A DNA stretch of 64,000 nt from Hyphomicrobiales bacterium (GTDB taxonomy: Bacteria; Pseudomonadota; Alphaproteobacteria; Rickettsiales; JACKKO01): positions 576,937 to 640,936 of the forward strand of contig JACKKO010000001.1 in assembly GCA_024236395.1 (NCBI GenBank), read 5' to 3'. A model generated the notes under the pieces. It was not told the origin of the DNA, ran no database searches, and worked only from the letters and a program-made list of their open reading frames with translations. Position numbers and translations under genes: made by a program. Positions 35,812 to 45,470 of the stretch are shown in pieces (positions within the stretch are counted from its first letter, which is position 1; each line of letters opens with the position of its first letter).

Positions 35812-36605
35812 TAACGCCCAATGCTGGGTTGATTTTCTCTCCATGCACTAACCGCTTTTTCCAGTTCTTCGATAATAGCAAATGCCCGATTCATATTTGC
35901 TATTTCTACTGCTATATCATCAACGGCACCGCTAAGTGCATTAGATTTATTTATAAATGCACTGGGACTCATTGGTTTTCCGGCTTTTTTAAATGCATCT
36001 TTATGATTAGCGGAAACATACTCATACACACTTTTATAGCATGAAGTAAGCTGTTCTAGTGGATCTTGAGAATCGTGAGGGCGGACTGCATAGCGCGGAT
36101 TGGTCATATTCACCAGTAAGGTGCTTGCGCTTCCATCGCGTTTCTTAATCGCTGCGAAAAATTCTTCAGGCTGTTTCTTTAATGTAAGCAATGCTTCCCT
36201 GAGGGCATTGAACGTTTCTTCCTGAGGCAACTCCGGAAGTTGTTCCGTAGCGGCTATTAGTGTATTTACTTCTTGTTGAAGTTTAGAAAATGCGTTGGGG
36301 AAGAATGTATGTATTTCCAGAACATATATGGGCAGGTCTGCTTTATACTTACTAATGATTTGTGAAATCACTGATTTGTTCTTTACAATTGTTTCACAAT
36401 TTGCATTAACGGTGCCTGTACCCGTTTCTTTAGAATTTGCTAGGGTGCTGGCGGGAGTAGAAATCTTTGTAAGATCATCTTTAGTAGATGAATCAAATAA
36501 TTGATTAAAGATCTTTAGAGTCCTGAGTCGTGTTACTAAATCATACAGCACCTGCATTTCATCTTTATTGTATTTTATTTCACTTCTAGCGATGTTATGT
36601 GCCAC
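35811..36605 (-). CDS. hypothetical protein, 264 aa (A+T-rich), packed between ffh and acyP
   Basis: The GTG start lies 2 nt after the ffh stop, with AGGAGG inside the ffh tail. Its stop overlaps the acyP ATG. No motif recognised. Confidence 0.5.
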   Translation of the reverse strand: MAHNIARSEIKYNKDEMQVLYDLVTRLRTLKIFNQLFDSSTKDDLTKISTPASTLANSKETGTGTVNANCETIVKNKSVISQIISKYKADLPIYVLEIHTFFPNAFSKLQQEVNTLIAATEQLPELPQEETFNALREALLTLKKQPEEFFAAIKKRDGSASTLLVNMTNPRYAVRPHDSQDPLEQLTSCYKSVYEYVSANHKDAFKKAGKPMSPSAFINKSNALSGAVDDIAVEIANMNRAFAIIEELEKAVSAWRENQPSIGR

Positions 36606-36607
36606 TC

Positions 36608-37963
36608 CTACATTCCTCCTTTTAACATGTTGCCGAGGCCGCTGCGCATCAGGGCTTTTTTATCCATACCGCCCAGTTTCTTAAGCATCCCGGCCATTTG
36701 TTTAAATTGCTTGAGCAGACGATTGACGTCCTGCACGCTGGTGCCGCTGCCGCTGGCCACACGTCGCTTGCGTGAGCCGTTCATCAGCGTGGGGTTGGTG
36801 CGTTCTTTCGCCGTCATGGAGCGGATGATGGCGATCTGCCGATCCAGCATGCGTTCATCCACCTGCGCATCGCCCAGCTGTTGCTTCATTTTGCCGATGC
36901 CGGGGATCATGTTCATAATGCCGCCCATGCCGCCCATCTTCTTGATGGTTTGCAGCTGCTTTGCCAGATCATCCAGCGAGAACTGACCCTTGCGGAGCTT
37001 TTTCTCCAGCCTGGCGGCTTCGTCTTTATCCACTTCCTCGGCGGCGCGTTCCACCAGTGAGACAATATCGCCCATATCCAGGATACGGGCGGCGATCCGT
37101 TCCGGGTGAAAGACCTCAAATTCCGAGAGTTTTTCACCCACACCGATAAATTTAATCGGCTGCCCGGTGACAGCACGCATACTCAGTGCCGCCCCGCCGC
37201 GGGCATCGCCATCCACCCGGGTGAGGATAATTCCGGAAATCCCCACTTTCTCATGGAACTGGCTGGCGATGGTGACGGCGTCCTGCCCGGTGAGGCTATC
37301 GGCGACCAGCAGGGTTTCCACCGGCTTGGCCAGCGTGCGCACCTCCTGCAATTCCTGCATCAGCGGTTCATCGATATGCAGCCGACCGGCCGTATCCAGG
37401 ATGAGGAGATCGTAGGCCGCCAGCTTTGCCTGTTCCAGTGCCCGCTTGGTAATGGCGACCGGCTTTTCACTAGGGACGATGGGCAGCGTATCAATCTGTA
37501 CCTGTTTGCCCACGGTGGCGAGCTGTTCCTGTGCCGCCGGGCGGTATATATCCAGCGAGGCCAGCAGTACTTTCTTATGCTGTTTCTGCTTGAGCCACAG
37601 GCCCAGCTTACCGCTGCTGGTGGTTTTCCCGGAGCCTTGCAGCCCCACCATCATGATAACGGCGGGCGGCGTGGTGGCCAGGTTGATCTCCTGCGCTTCA
37701 CTGCCCAGCATGTCGGTGAGCGCATCCTGTACGATCTTCACGACCATCTGACCGGGGGAAACGCTGCGGATAACTTCCTCACCCACGGCCTTTTCCTTCA
37801 CCTTCTGGATGAAATCCTTGGCTACGGGCAGGGCAACATCGGCTTCCAGCAGGGCGATCCGCACCTCGCGCATGGCAGCGTTGACGTCGTCCTCCGTCAG
37901 CAGGCCTTTGCCGCGTAACCGCTGGAAAACCCCGCCTAATTTCTCGCTTAAACTTTCAAACAT
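36608..37963 (-). CDS. ffh: signal recognition particle protein Ffh
   Basis: MFESLSEKL..., GLQGSGKTT, DTAGR, and a Met-rich M domain ending GGMGGIMNMIPGIGKM. Confidence 0.95.
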   Translation of the reverse strand: MFESLSEKLGGVFQRLRGKGLLTEDDVNAAMREVRIALLEADVALPVAKDFIQKVKEKAVGEEVIRSVSPGQMVVKIVQDALTDMLGSEAQEINLATTPPAVIMMVGLQGSGKTTSSGKLGLWLKQKQHKKVLLASLDIYRPAAQEQLATVGKQVQIDTLPIVPSEKPVAITKRALEQAKLAAYDLLILDTAGRLHIDEPLMQELQEVRTLAKPVETLLVADSLTGQDAVTIASQFHEKVGISGIILTRVDGDARGGAALSMRAVTGQPIKFIGVGEKLSEFEVFHPERIAARILDMGDIVSLVERAAEEVDKDEAARLEKKLRKGQFSLDDLAKQLQTIKKMGGMGGIMNMIPGIGKMKQQLGDAQVDERMLDRQIAIIRSMTAKERTNPTLMNGSRKRRVASGSGTSVQDVNRLLKQFKQMAGMLKKLGGMDKKALMRSGLGNMLKGGM

Positions 37964-37990
37964 GGCGCTATTTATTACCTTCATTGCCTT

Positions 37991-38059
37991 TGTCACCCCG
38001 TCGCATGACGGGGTCCGGAGATGCCTGTTCCAGACCCCGTTATAAAAACGGGGTGACAG
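37991..38059. repeat. composite palindromic repeat element (double hairpin)
   Basis: TGTCACCCCGTC-gcat-GACGGGGTC ... GACCCCGT-tataaaa-ACGGGGTGACA. The outer arms are inverted copies. The left half recurs at 45298-45330. Confidence 0.65.
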
Positions 38060-38112
38060 TGAATGGCGCTATTGTGCAAAATTTCAGAATAAAGTACAAT
38101 ACTTTAACATTT

Positions 38113-38379
38113 ATGCAGTGGGTTAACAGAAAAATAAATGAGGCCATAGCAAGGAATCCTGGGATTCCTGCGTGGTTTTTTCAGGCAAAGGCGGAGAACT
38201 GGCCTGAGGATAAGATCATGGCGGCGATGGACGATTTCTATCAGGGGGTCTATGACTTCCTGTCTAAGTGCGTATCGGAACAACGGCTGCAGGAATTATG
38301 TCCGGAGGCAGGGGATGTTGCGATGCGTAATGCCGTGCTTAAGAATATACTGACCAGTTGGAATCATGATGTGAGGTGA
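38113..38379 (+). CDS. hypothetical small protein
   Basis: The ORF was trimmed to the ATG at 38113, because the upstream part of the track ORF is encoded by the palindromic repeat. A+T-rich. Confidence 0.4.
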   Translation: MQWVNRKINEAIARNPGIPAWFFQAKAENWPEDKIMAAMDDFYQGVYDFLSKCVSEQRLQELCPEAGDVAMRNAVLKNILTSWNHDVR

Positions 38380-38382
38380 TAA

Positions 38383-38613
38383 ATGGCAAATGCTTGGGAA
38401 GAGGCGAAGAGAAAAAATGAAGCGCAGCAAGAATACGATGAGTTAATGATGGATATTACCAACCGGGATGATCCAAATTCCCGGCAAATTAATACGCCGA
38501 CACTTCAGGCACTTCGAGGGTTATATATGGAAGCCAATGAGGTGGATTTAAAAACAGCCGACAGTGCCGTAAAAGATGCGTTAAAAAGAAATAATATAAA
38601 ACTAATACCGTAA
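38383..38613 (+). CDS. hypothetical small protein
   Basis: 76-aa ORF starting 3 nt after the previous stop. A+T-rich. Confidence 0.4.
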   Translation: MANAWEEAKRKNEAQQEYDELMMDITNRDDPNSRQINTPTLQALRGLYMEANEVDLKTADSAVKDALKRNNIKLIP

Positions 38614-38620
38614 CAATAAC

Positions 38621-40981
38621 CTAACTATTCAAAAAGCCACGCAATTTGCGGGAGCGGCTGGGGTGTTTCAGCTTGCGTAGCGCTTTGGCTTCAATCTGGC
38701 GGATACGCTCACGGGTGACCGAGAACTGTTGGCCGACTTCTTCCAGTGTATGGTCGGTATTCATCCCGATACCAAAGCGCATACGCAGCACCCGTTCCTC
38801 ACGCGGGGTGAGGCTGGACAGGATGCGTGTGGTGGTTTCCCGCAGGTTGCCCTGAATGGCGGCGTCAATCGGCAGGATGGCGTTCTTATCCTCGATAAAA
38901 TCACCGAGGAAACTGCCTTCCTCATCCCCCACCGGGGTTTCCAGGCTGACCGGTTCTTTGGCGATCTTCATCACTTTCCGTACCTTATCCAGCGGCATGG
39001 AGAGGCGCTTGGCTAATTCTTCCGGGGTGGGTTCGCGGCCGATTTCGTGCATCATCTGGCGGCTGGTACGGACGATTTTGTTAATCGTTTCAATCATATG
39101 CACCGGGATACGGATGGTGCGGGCCTGATCCGCAATGGAGCGGGTAATAGCCTGCCGGATCCACCAGGTGGCATAGGTGGAAAACTTGTAACCACGGCGG
39201 TATTCAAACTTATCCACAGCTTTCATCAGGCCAATATTGCCTTCCTGAATCAGGTCCAGGAACTGCAGGCCGCGGTTGGTGTACTTCTTGGCGATGGAAA
39301 TCACCAGGCGCAGGTTGGCCTCGATCATTTCCTTTTTTGCCTTATTCGTTTCGCGTTCGCCCTTCTGCACCGCGGAGACGATACCCTTAAAGGTTGAAAT
39401 ATCAATGGCCATACGATCGGCAATGGCTTCCACTTCCGCCTGTAGCTCATTGAGCTTATCCATGCCGGTTTCCACCAGTGCTTTCCAGCCTTTTTCCTTG
39501 CCCTTGGCCATGGCATACACCCAGTCCAGGCTCATCTCATTGCCTTCGTAGTTGGTAATGAAGCTTTCGCGTGAGACTTTATAGTACTCTGAGTGACGCA
39601 CCATTTTACCCTGTGCAGCAATGAGGCGCTTATTCACATCATACAGGTCTTCCATCATCAACAGGATGCAGGCTTCGCTGAGGTGAAGATCCTGTACAAG
39701 CTCTACCAGTTCTTCGCGGAGTTTATCGAATTCTTTCAGTTGCTTGTCGCCATAACTTCCTTTGCTGCGTGAGGCATGGAGGCGCTTTTCATGATGCGCA
39801 ATAAGTTTTTTGGATATCTTGCTGATTTTATCTAATGTTTCCAAAACGCCAGGGAGGAGGGTACTTTCCATGTTCGCCATGGAAACATTCCCCCGTGCAA
39901 ATTCATCCATATCGTCGCCGGAATTGCCTTCACCCCCTTCTGCATCTTCTTCATTTTCTTCTGCTTCATCTTCATCAGAATCTTCTGACTCGTCATCGGA
40001 GGAGAGTAGGGTACGTTCAAATTCCTCGTCATCGGCATCTTCGCTGCCCTCGATATTAATGCCCAGCTCCGCAGCATAGGCAGTATCCAGGTCGATAATA
40101 TCCCGCAACAGCATGGTGCCGGAAGAAAGTTCGTCGTACCAGAGGATAAAATTATGCATGGCCACAGGGCTTTCACACAGGGCACGCATCAGTGTATGGC
40201 GGCCTGCTTCAATGCGCTTGGCGATTTCCACCTCGCCCTCACGGGAGAGCAGTTCTACATTACCCATTTCCCGCAGGTACATGCGAACCGGGTCATCCGT
40301 ACGGTTAAGGGTTTCTTCACTGCCGCTATCATCATCATCCGGTGTGACGTCATCCTGCTCGCGCACGGTAATGCCTGCATCACCAAGCATGGAAAGCAGC
40401 TGATCCATCTGATCCGTGGGGAAGCCTTCTTTGGGCAGACGTTGCTGGATTTCGTCATAGGTAACGTAGCCATTTTCCTTGGAAAGCAGCACCAACTTGC
40501 GGAACAGATCACGAATCACGCTGGTAATAGCGGGTTTGGCTGTATCAGAACTGGTTGTGGGTTGCTCTTCTGATTTAGCTTCTGGCGTGTTTGTCTGCTT
40601 TTTATTGGCTGAGGCAGATGAACCCTTCTTGGCTGGCTTGCTGGATGCAGAAGATTTGGCCTTTGCAGGTTTTTTCTCCGCCGTTTTAGCAGGCGCCTTG
40701 GTGGCCTTTTTAGCGGGCGCTTTGGTCGCGGTCTTCTTTACCGGGTTTTTTTTAGCGGGTGCTTTGGTCGCTGCCTTCTTTGTTGTGGCTTTTTTAGGAG
40801 CGGCCTTTTTGGTGGCGACCTTTTTTGCTGTCGTTTTTGTTGCCGTTGGCTTTTTCACCGCCGCCTTCTTCGTGCTGGCCTTGGCCGTTGCTTTTTTAAC
40901 GGCTGGCTTGGCGGCAGGTTTGCGTGAATTTTTAGCGGTGGTTGTCTTTTTTTTGCTGGATGCAGGTTTCTTAGTTGCCAT
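38621..40981 (-). CDS. rpoD: RNA polymerase sigma-70 factor RpoD with a ~130-aa Lys/Ala/Pro/Thr-rich N-terminal extension
   Basis: Regions 1.1 to 4.2 are present ([64 protein letters not shown]). The N-terminus consists of AKKx/PAKK repeats. Confidence 0.95.
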   Translation of the reverse strand: MATKKPASSKKKTTTAKNSRKPAAKPAVKKATAKASTKKAAVKKPTATKTTAKKVATKKAAPKKATTKKAATKAPAKKNPVKKTATKAPAKKATKAPAKTAEKKPAKAKSSASSKPAKKGSSASANKKQTNTPEAKSEEQPTTSSDTAKPAITSVIRDLFRKLVLLSKENGYVTYDEIQQRLPKEGFPTDQMDQLLSMLGDAGITVREQDDVTPDDDDSGSEETLNRTDDPVRMYLREMGNVELLSREGEVEIAKRIEAGRHTLMRALCESPVAMHNFILWYDELSSGTMLLRDIIDLDTAYAAELGINIEGSEDADDEEFERTLLSSDDESEDSDEDEAEENEEDAEGGEGNSGDDMDEFARGNVSMANMESTLLPGVLETLDKISKISKKLIAHHEKRLHASRSKGSYGDKQLKEFDKLREELVELVQDLHLSEACILLMMEDLYDVNKRLIAAQGKMVRHSEYYKVSRESFITNYEGNEMSLDWVYAMAKGKEKGWKALVETGMDKLNELQAEVEAIADRMAIDISTFKGIVSAVQKGERETNKAKKEMIEANLRLVISIAKKYTNRGLQFLDLIQEGNIGLMKAVDKFEYRRGYKFSTYATWWIRQAITRSIADQARTIRIPVHMIETINKIVRTSRQMMHEIGREPTPEELAKRLSMPLDKVRKVMKIAKEPVSLETPVGDEEGSFLGDFIEDKNAILPIDAAIQGNLRETTTRILSSLTPREERVLRMRFGIGMNTDHTLEEVGQQFSVTRERIRQIEAKALRKLKHPSRSRKLRGFLNS

Positions 40982-41092
40982 AGCTGCAAATATGTCCGTT
41001 TGTTATGGTTAGGGTGCCGGAACGCTAACCGCGCAGTGATAGACTAGTTCTTTTTGAAATACAAGTGGTTTCTGGGAAATATACGCCTTTTT

Positions 41093-42901
41093 CTAGCCTT
41101 CCAGGATCATTTCCAGCGCATCCTTGGTGACTGCCAGTTTCCGGGCGCATCGGTCCAGCTCTTGCTTCATGGCGAAGACCTGTTCGGCATTAGAGGCCGA
41201 TTCCCGGGCGACAACCTCCTGATATTCCTCTTCCATTCGCATGTGTTCGTAGCAGGCAATCAGGTATTCCCAGTTGGCTTTTTCACTCCCAGGGGTGCAG
41301 GAAAGGCTGAGGAATCCTTCACGCTCAAGGTGAGAAATTTCAGAGGAACCATCTGATTCTCTTATCTTATTTAGGATAGAGTCTGTGGAGCCGGGGAGGG
41401 TGTTGCTGCTAATCAACATCAGCAAGCGATCATGCAATGCGCGGATGGTAGGATGCTGCAGTTCCAGCTGCATAAACGTGTCTTCAATTTCCGGCTGCAC
41501 GAGGAGAGAGGGGTGCTCCAGCACCAATGCCATCAGGCGGTGTTCCACGCGGTCGCGGGGGGAAATCGTGCGGCGACTGGTATCCAGGATTTTAGGGTTG
41601 CGCAGTGTTGTGGAGGTATTCTTGCCCTGAATCTGTCGCTGCCATTGCCACAGCCGGTCACGGAAAAACCGCTGATAATGCTGACGTACGGTAGCGTGAC
41701 GAATCATTTCGGCAAAACCCATTAGCGTTTGTTCAAAGGCGGCGCGTTGCTCTGGTGTTTTGGGGTGCATCTGTCGGAGCGTGGTTTCAAACAGGGTTTC
41801 GCCCAGCGGTAGTGGTTGGTTCAGTAACTCCCGGAAATAACTGGGGCCATACTCCTGTAACACATCATCCGGATCTTTGCCGGAGGGTAGGGTAAGAAAA
41901 CGCAGGGAACGGCCGGGTTCCAGCAAGGGGATGGCACGTTCAGCGGCGCGCATCATGGCGCGCTGTCCGGCGGTATCCCCATCAAAACAGAGAATGGGCT
42001 CTGGTACGATCTGCCACATGATTTGGAGCTGATCTTCGGTGACAGCAGTGCCCAGCGGGGCCACGGCATACGGAAACCCGGCGCGGTAAAGGGCAAGTGC
42101 GTCCATGTAGCCTTCCACTACGATTAGTGTTTTCTCACGGTAAGCCTGATCCCGTGCGGCATGTAACCCATAAAGCTGGCGGCCTTTGTGGAATAACTCG
42201 GTTTCCGGGGAATTGAGGTATTTCGGCTCACCATCCCCCAGAATCCGTCCGCCAAACGCGACAATACGTCCACGCATATCCAGGATGGGGAACATAACGC
42301 GGCCACGGAACCGGTCGTAACTTTCTCCATTATCCGGGGTGATGATGAGGCCGACATCCTCCATCTGCTGCAGGGTAAATCCTTCCTTCAGGAGGTACTG
42401 CTTCAGGCCCTGGCGCTGATCCGGCGCATAGCCCAGCCGGAATTGCTTGCGGATGGTTTCCGGCAGGCCGCGGCGTTCCAGATACGCCAGTGCAGGTCGG
42501 CCAACTGCGCTATGGAGTTGCTGTTCAAACCATGCGGTGGCGGCTTCGGTGACATCAAACAATGTCCGGCGTTTCTGCTCCCGACGGGTGAATTGCGGGT
42601 CAGGCGAGGGCAGTGGTAACCCGGCTTCCTGCGCCAGCTGGGTAACGGCATCGGTGAAGCTCAGGCCTTTGTACTGCGTGAGGAAGGTGATGATATCGCC
42701 ATGCGCCCCACAGGCGAAGCAGTGGTAAAACCCCTTACGATCGCTGATGGTCAGCGAAGGCTTGGAGTCATTGTGGAACGGGCAGAGCGCCAGATGTTCG
42801 CCGCCCGGCTTGGATTGCAGGCGCAAATGACGGCCCAGCACCTGTGACGGTGTCAGCCGTGCCCGAATCTGATCCAGGAAGCCCGGTGGAAATTGCATCA
42901 T
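41093..42901 (-). CDS. dnaG: DNA primase
   Basis: Zinc ribbon CPFHNDSKPSLTI...YHCFACGAHGD and a TOPRIM domain (VVEGYMD...DGDTAG). It forms the usual dnaG-rpoD pair. Confidence 0.95.
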   Translation of the reverse strand: MMQFPPGFLDQIRARLTPSQVLGRHLRLQSKPGGEHLALCPFHNDSKPSLTISDRKGFYHCFACGAHGDIITFLTQYKGLSFTDAVTQLAQEAGLPLPSPDPQFTRREQKRRTLFDVTEAATAWFEQQLHSAVGRPALAYLERRGLPETIRKQFRLGYAPDQRQGLKQYLLKEGFTLQQMEDVGLIITPDNGESYDRFRGRVMFPILDMRGRIVAFGGRILGDGEPKYLNSPETELFHKGRQLYGLHAARDQAYREKTLIVVEGYMDALALYRAGFPYAVAPLGTAVTEDQLQIMWQIVPEPILCFDGDTAGQRAMMRAAERAIPLLEPGRSLRFLTLPSGKDPDDVLQEYGPSYFRELLNQPLPLGETLFETTLRQMHPKTPEQRAAFEQTLMGFAEMIRHATVRQHYQRFFRDRLWQWQRQIQGKNTSTTLRNPKILDTSRRTISPRDRVEHRLMALVLEHPSLLVQPEIEDTFMQLELQHPTIRALHDRLLMLISSNTLPGSTDSILNKIRESDGSSEISHLEREGFLSLSCTPGSEKANWEYLIACYEHMRMEEEYQEVVARESASNAEQVFAMKQELDRCARKLAVTKDALEMILEG

Positions 42902-42957
42902 ACCCCTCGTGAAAGGGTAGTATTAGCGCAGAGTGGGAATGGGTGCAAGTGTCAGGG

Positions 42958-43947
42958 CTAATGCGCGGTTTCGGCCGCGATGAGCGGGCGGAAGAAATGC
43001 TCCATCTCGGTGATGACAGCGTCCGGATCGGGCAGGCGCATGGAGGTGTTGCGGAATGCGGCAGAACCGGGCAGGCCGGCACTGTACCAGCCCAGATGCT
43101 TGCGTGCCATGCGCACGCCCTCGGTTTTACCGTAATGCTCCAGCATGGCATCGTAATGCTCGCGCAGCAGGGCATAACGTTCGGCCAGTGTGGGGTCGGG
43201 CAGGCGCTCGCCGGTTTCCAGGAAATGGGCAGCCTGCTGGATAAACCACGGGCGGCCATAGGCTCCGCGGCCAATCATCACGCCATCCGCGCCGGAGGTT
43301 TCCAGGCAGGCGGCGGCATCGTCCAGCGTGGTGATATCACCATTGGCAATCACCGGGATGTTGACCACATCTTTGACCTGCTGAATAAACGCCCAGTCAG
43401 CGCGGCCATTATACATCTGGCAACGGGTGCGGCCATGCACGGTTAACATCTGGATGCCGATATCTTCGGCGATGCGGGCCAGTTCCGGCGCGTTGCGGTT
43501 TTCATGGTTCCAGCCGGTACGCATCTTCAACGTGACCGGGACATCCACTGCTTTTACCACGGCTTCCAGGATTTTTGTGGCGAGCGGTACATCCTTCATC
43601 AGCGCCGAACCGGCATACCCGTTGACGACCTTCTTCACCGGGCAGCCGTAATTAATATCGATCATCGCTGCGCCGCGGTCGACATTGAGCTTTGCCGCTT
43701 CCGCCATCACATCCGGCTCGCACCCGGCGATCTGCACCGACATCGGGTGTTCCTCCGGTGTATGGCTGGCTTTGCGCAGGCTTTCGCGGGTTTCCAGGAT
43801 CATCGCCCGGCTGGCGATCATCTCCGAAACCACCATGCCAGCGCCGTAGCGCTTGACCAGCGAACGGAACGGACGGTCGGTCACCCCTGACATCGGGGCG
43901 AGCAATACCCGGTTTTCCAGCGTTATATCACCAATGCGTATGGACAT
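42958..43947 (-). CDS. dusB: tRNA-dihydrouridine synthase (DusB-like)
   Basis: [31 protein letters not shown]. The start is at the ATG at 43947. Confidence 0.85.
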   Translation of the reverse strand: MSIRIGDITLENRVLLAPMSGVTDRPFRSLVKRYGAGMVVSEMIASRAMILETRESLRKASHTPEEHPMSVQIAGCEPDVMAEAAKLNVDRGAAMIDINYGCPVKKVVNGYAGSALMKDVPLATKILEAVVKAVDVPVTLKMRTGWNHENRNAPELARIAEDIGIQMLTVHGRTRCQMYNGRADWAFIQQVKDVVNIPVIANGDITTLDDAAACLETSGADGVMIGRGAYGRPWFIQQAAHFLETGERLPDPTLAERYALLREHYDAMLEHYGKTEGVRMARKHLGWYSAGLPGSAAFRNTSMRLPDPDAVITEMEHFFRPLIAAETAH

Positions 43948-43975
43948 TACAGTAAAACACTCTATTCTCTTGGAA

Positions 43976-45211
43976 ATGCAGGGGGATATAGCAAAATCCA
44001 AACGGAAAGGCAAGGCCGGGGCGCAGGTGCCGGTGGTGGCGGTGCTGATCGCGGCGGCCGGGGATAGTACGCGTATGGGCAGAAATGTGCCCAAACCCTA
44101 CCAGAAGCTGGGCGATCAGGCCATCCTGCGCCGTAGCGTGAAGGCCTTTCTCGATCATCCGCAGGTCACCGCCGTACGGGTGATTCAGCGCAAAGGTGAT
44201 GACCGGTATTACCGCGAGGCCATGCAGGGTGTGCATTTGCTGCCGCCGGTGACGGGTGGTGCAACCCGGCAGGAGTCAGTCTATCTGGGCTTAAAAAGCC
44301 TGGAGCATCTGGCGCCGGATTATGTACTGATCCACGATGCGGCGCGCCCGTTGGTAAGTGCGGCACTGATCCGCCGGGTGATTGAGGCGCTTGCGGAATA
44401 TCCGGCAGTAATTCCCGGTATCCCGGAAGTGGATACGGTAAAGGAAGTGATTGATGGGCAGGTGACACAGACGCTCCGGCGGGAAACACTGGTACGCGCG
44501 CAGACGCCGCAAGGGTTCCACTTCGCTACGATTTGGGACGCACACCAGCGTGCGCAGGGGCAAAACCTGACAGATGATGCTGCGATTGCGGAAGCGGCGG
44601 GGATAAATGTGCAGGTGGTGCAAGGGGAAGTATCGAATTTCAAACTCACCGGGCCGGAAGACATTAAGGAGGCAGAACGGATGATACAGGCATCAAAAGC
44701 AGCAGCGGCTATGGCTCAGGAAACCCGTATGGGGATGGGGGTGGATGTTCACGCCTATGCGGAAATAAACGAAGATTGGGACGGAATGCTAAAACTCTGC
44801 GGGGTGGAGGTGCCATACGAGCGGGCGCTGCGTGGTCATTCCGATGCCGATGTGGGGCTGCATGCGCTGGTGGATGCGCTGCTGGGCGCGGTGGCTGCCG
44901 GGGATATCGGGCAGCACTTCCCGCCGTCTGACCCTCAGTGGGAAGGCGCAGATTCCGCTGTGTTTGTGGCGGGGGCGCTGGAGCAGGTGAAGGCAAAAGG
45001 TGGCCGGGTGCAGCAGGTGGATATTACGCTTATCTGTGAAGCGCCTAAAATCAGCCCGTACCGGGAGGCCATGCAGCAGCGCGTGGCAGCATTGCTGGGA
45101 GTTGCTCCGGAGCGTGTGAATATCAAGGCGACGACCACCGAGGGGCTGGGCTTTACCGGCCGCCGCGAAGGCATCGCCGCGCAGGCGATAGCAACGGTGG
45201 TGATGGGGTGA
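43976..45211 (+). CDS. ispDF: bifunctional 2-C-methyl-D-erythritol 4-phosphate cytidylyltransferase / 2-C-methyl-D-erythritol 2,4-cyclodiphosphate synthase
   Basis: N-terminal IspD ([15 protein letters not shown]) fused to IspF (GVDVHA..., GHSDADV, DIG). The start is at the ATG at 43976. Confidence 0.93.
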   Translation: MQGDIAKSKRKGKAGAQVPVVAVLIAAAGDSTRMGRNVPKPYQKLGDQAILRRSVKAFLDHPQVTAVRVIQRKGDDRYYREAMQGVHLLPPVTGGATRQESVYLGLKSLEHLAPDYVLIHDAARPLVSAALIRRVIEALAEYPAVIPGIPEVDTVKEVIDGQVTQTLRRETLVRAQTPQGFHFATIWDAHQRAQGQNLTDDAAIAEAAGINVQVVQGEVSNFKLTGPEDIKEAERMIQASKAAAAMAQETRMGMGVDVHAYAEINEDWDGMLKLCGVEVPYERALRGHSDADVGLHALVDALLGAVAAGDIGQHFPPSDPQWEGADSAVFVAGALEQVKAKGGRVQQVDITLICEAPKISPYREAMQQRVAALLGVAPERVNIKATTTEGLGFTGRREGIAAQAIATVVMG

Positions 45212-45275
45212 ATCGTGAAAGCGTGAAACGGTGATGTCGTGAAATCGAGAAACCGTGATGCCTTGAAATCGATCC
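45212..45275 (+). repeat. tandem array of an 8-bp unit (consensus a-N-C-G-T-G-A-a), 7-8 copies
   Basis: atcgtgaa agcgtgaa acggtgat gtcgtgaa atcgagaa accgtgat gccttgaa atcgatcc, at a strict 8-nt period, beginning 1 nt after the ispDF stop. Confidence 0.85.
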
Positions 45276-45297
45276 CTGTTATCCTGTTCTTTCCCCC

Positions 45298-45330
45298 TGT
45301 CACCCCGTCTTTATGACGGGGTCTGGATGC
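45298..45330. repeat. half copy of the TGTCACCCCGTC hairpin repeat
   Basis: TGTCACCCCGTC-tttat-GACGGGGTC-tggatgcc, nearly identical to 37991-38024. Confidence 0.65.
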
Positions 45331-45390
45331 CATTATAAAGGCGGTATGATATTATGAGTAACTGCTAACTGGCAACCAACATTACCCTCT

Positions 45391-45455
45391 GTCATTCCTG
45401 CGCAGGCAGGGATCCAGAACATAATAACTGGATTCCCAGCTTTTGCTGGGATGAC
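45391..45455. repeat. composite palindromic repeat element (GTCATTCC...GGATCCAG family)
   Basis: GTCATTCCTGCGCAGGCAGGGATCCAG and, inverted, CTGGATTCCCAGCTTTTGCTGGGATGAC. Each arm is itself a hairpin. Confidence 0.65.
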
Positions 45456-45470
45456 GGAATAAAGCAAAGG

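Noticed and set aside
37106-37918. A 270-aa plus-strand ORF antisense to ffh. Similar antisense ORFs lie over thrS (59466-60215), serA, dnaG, yifB and ribBA.
   Set aside because: The same reasoning applies. The opposite strand carries high-confidence conserved genes, and the antisense products have no recognisable features.
37984-38112. The first 43 codons of track ORF 37984-38379 (MPLSPRRMTGSGDACSRPRYKNGVTV...).
   Set aside because: This stretch is encoded by the palindromic repeat element at 37991-38059. The ORF was trimmed to the ATG at 38113.
40479-41012. A 177-aa hydrophobic, membrane-protein-like ORF (FFxxAFLxGAL...) on the plus strand.
   Set aside because: It is the reverse-complement reading of the AKK/PAKK codon repeats of the rpoD N-terminal extension (GCC/TTT/CTT runs). 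It is an artefact of the repeat.
45212-45275. Possible CRISPR array or minisatellite-encoded peptide at the 8-bp repeats.
   Set aside because: The units are contiguous 8-mers with no spacers and no cas genes, and the array lies after a stop codon. It is kept as a repeat finding, not as a CRISPR.
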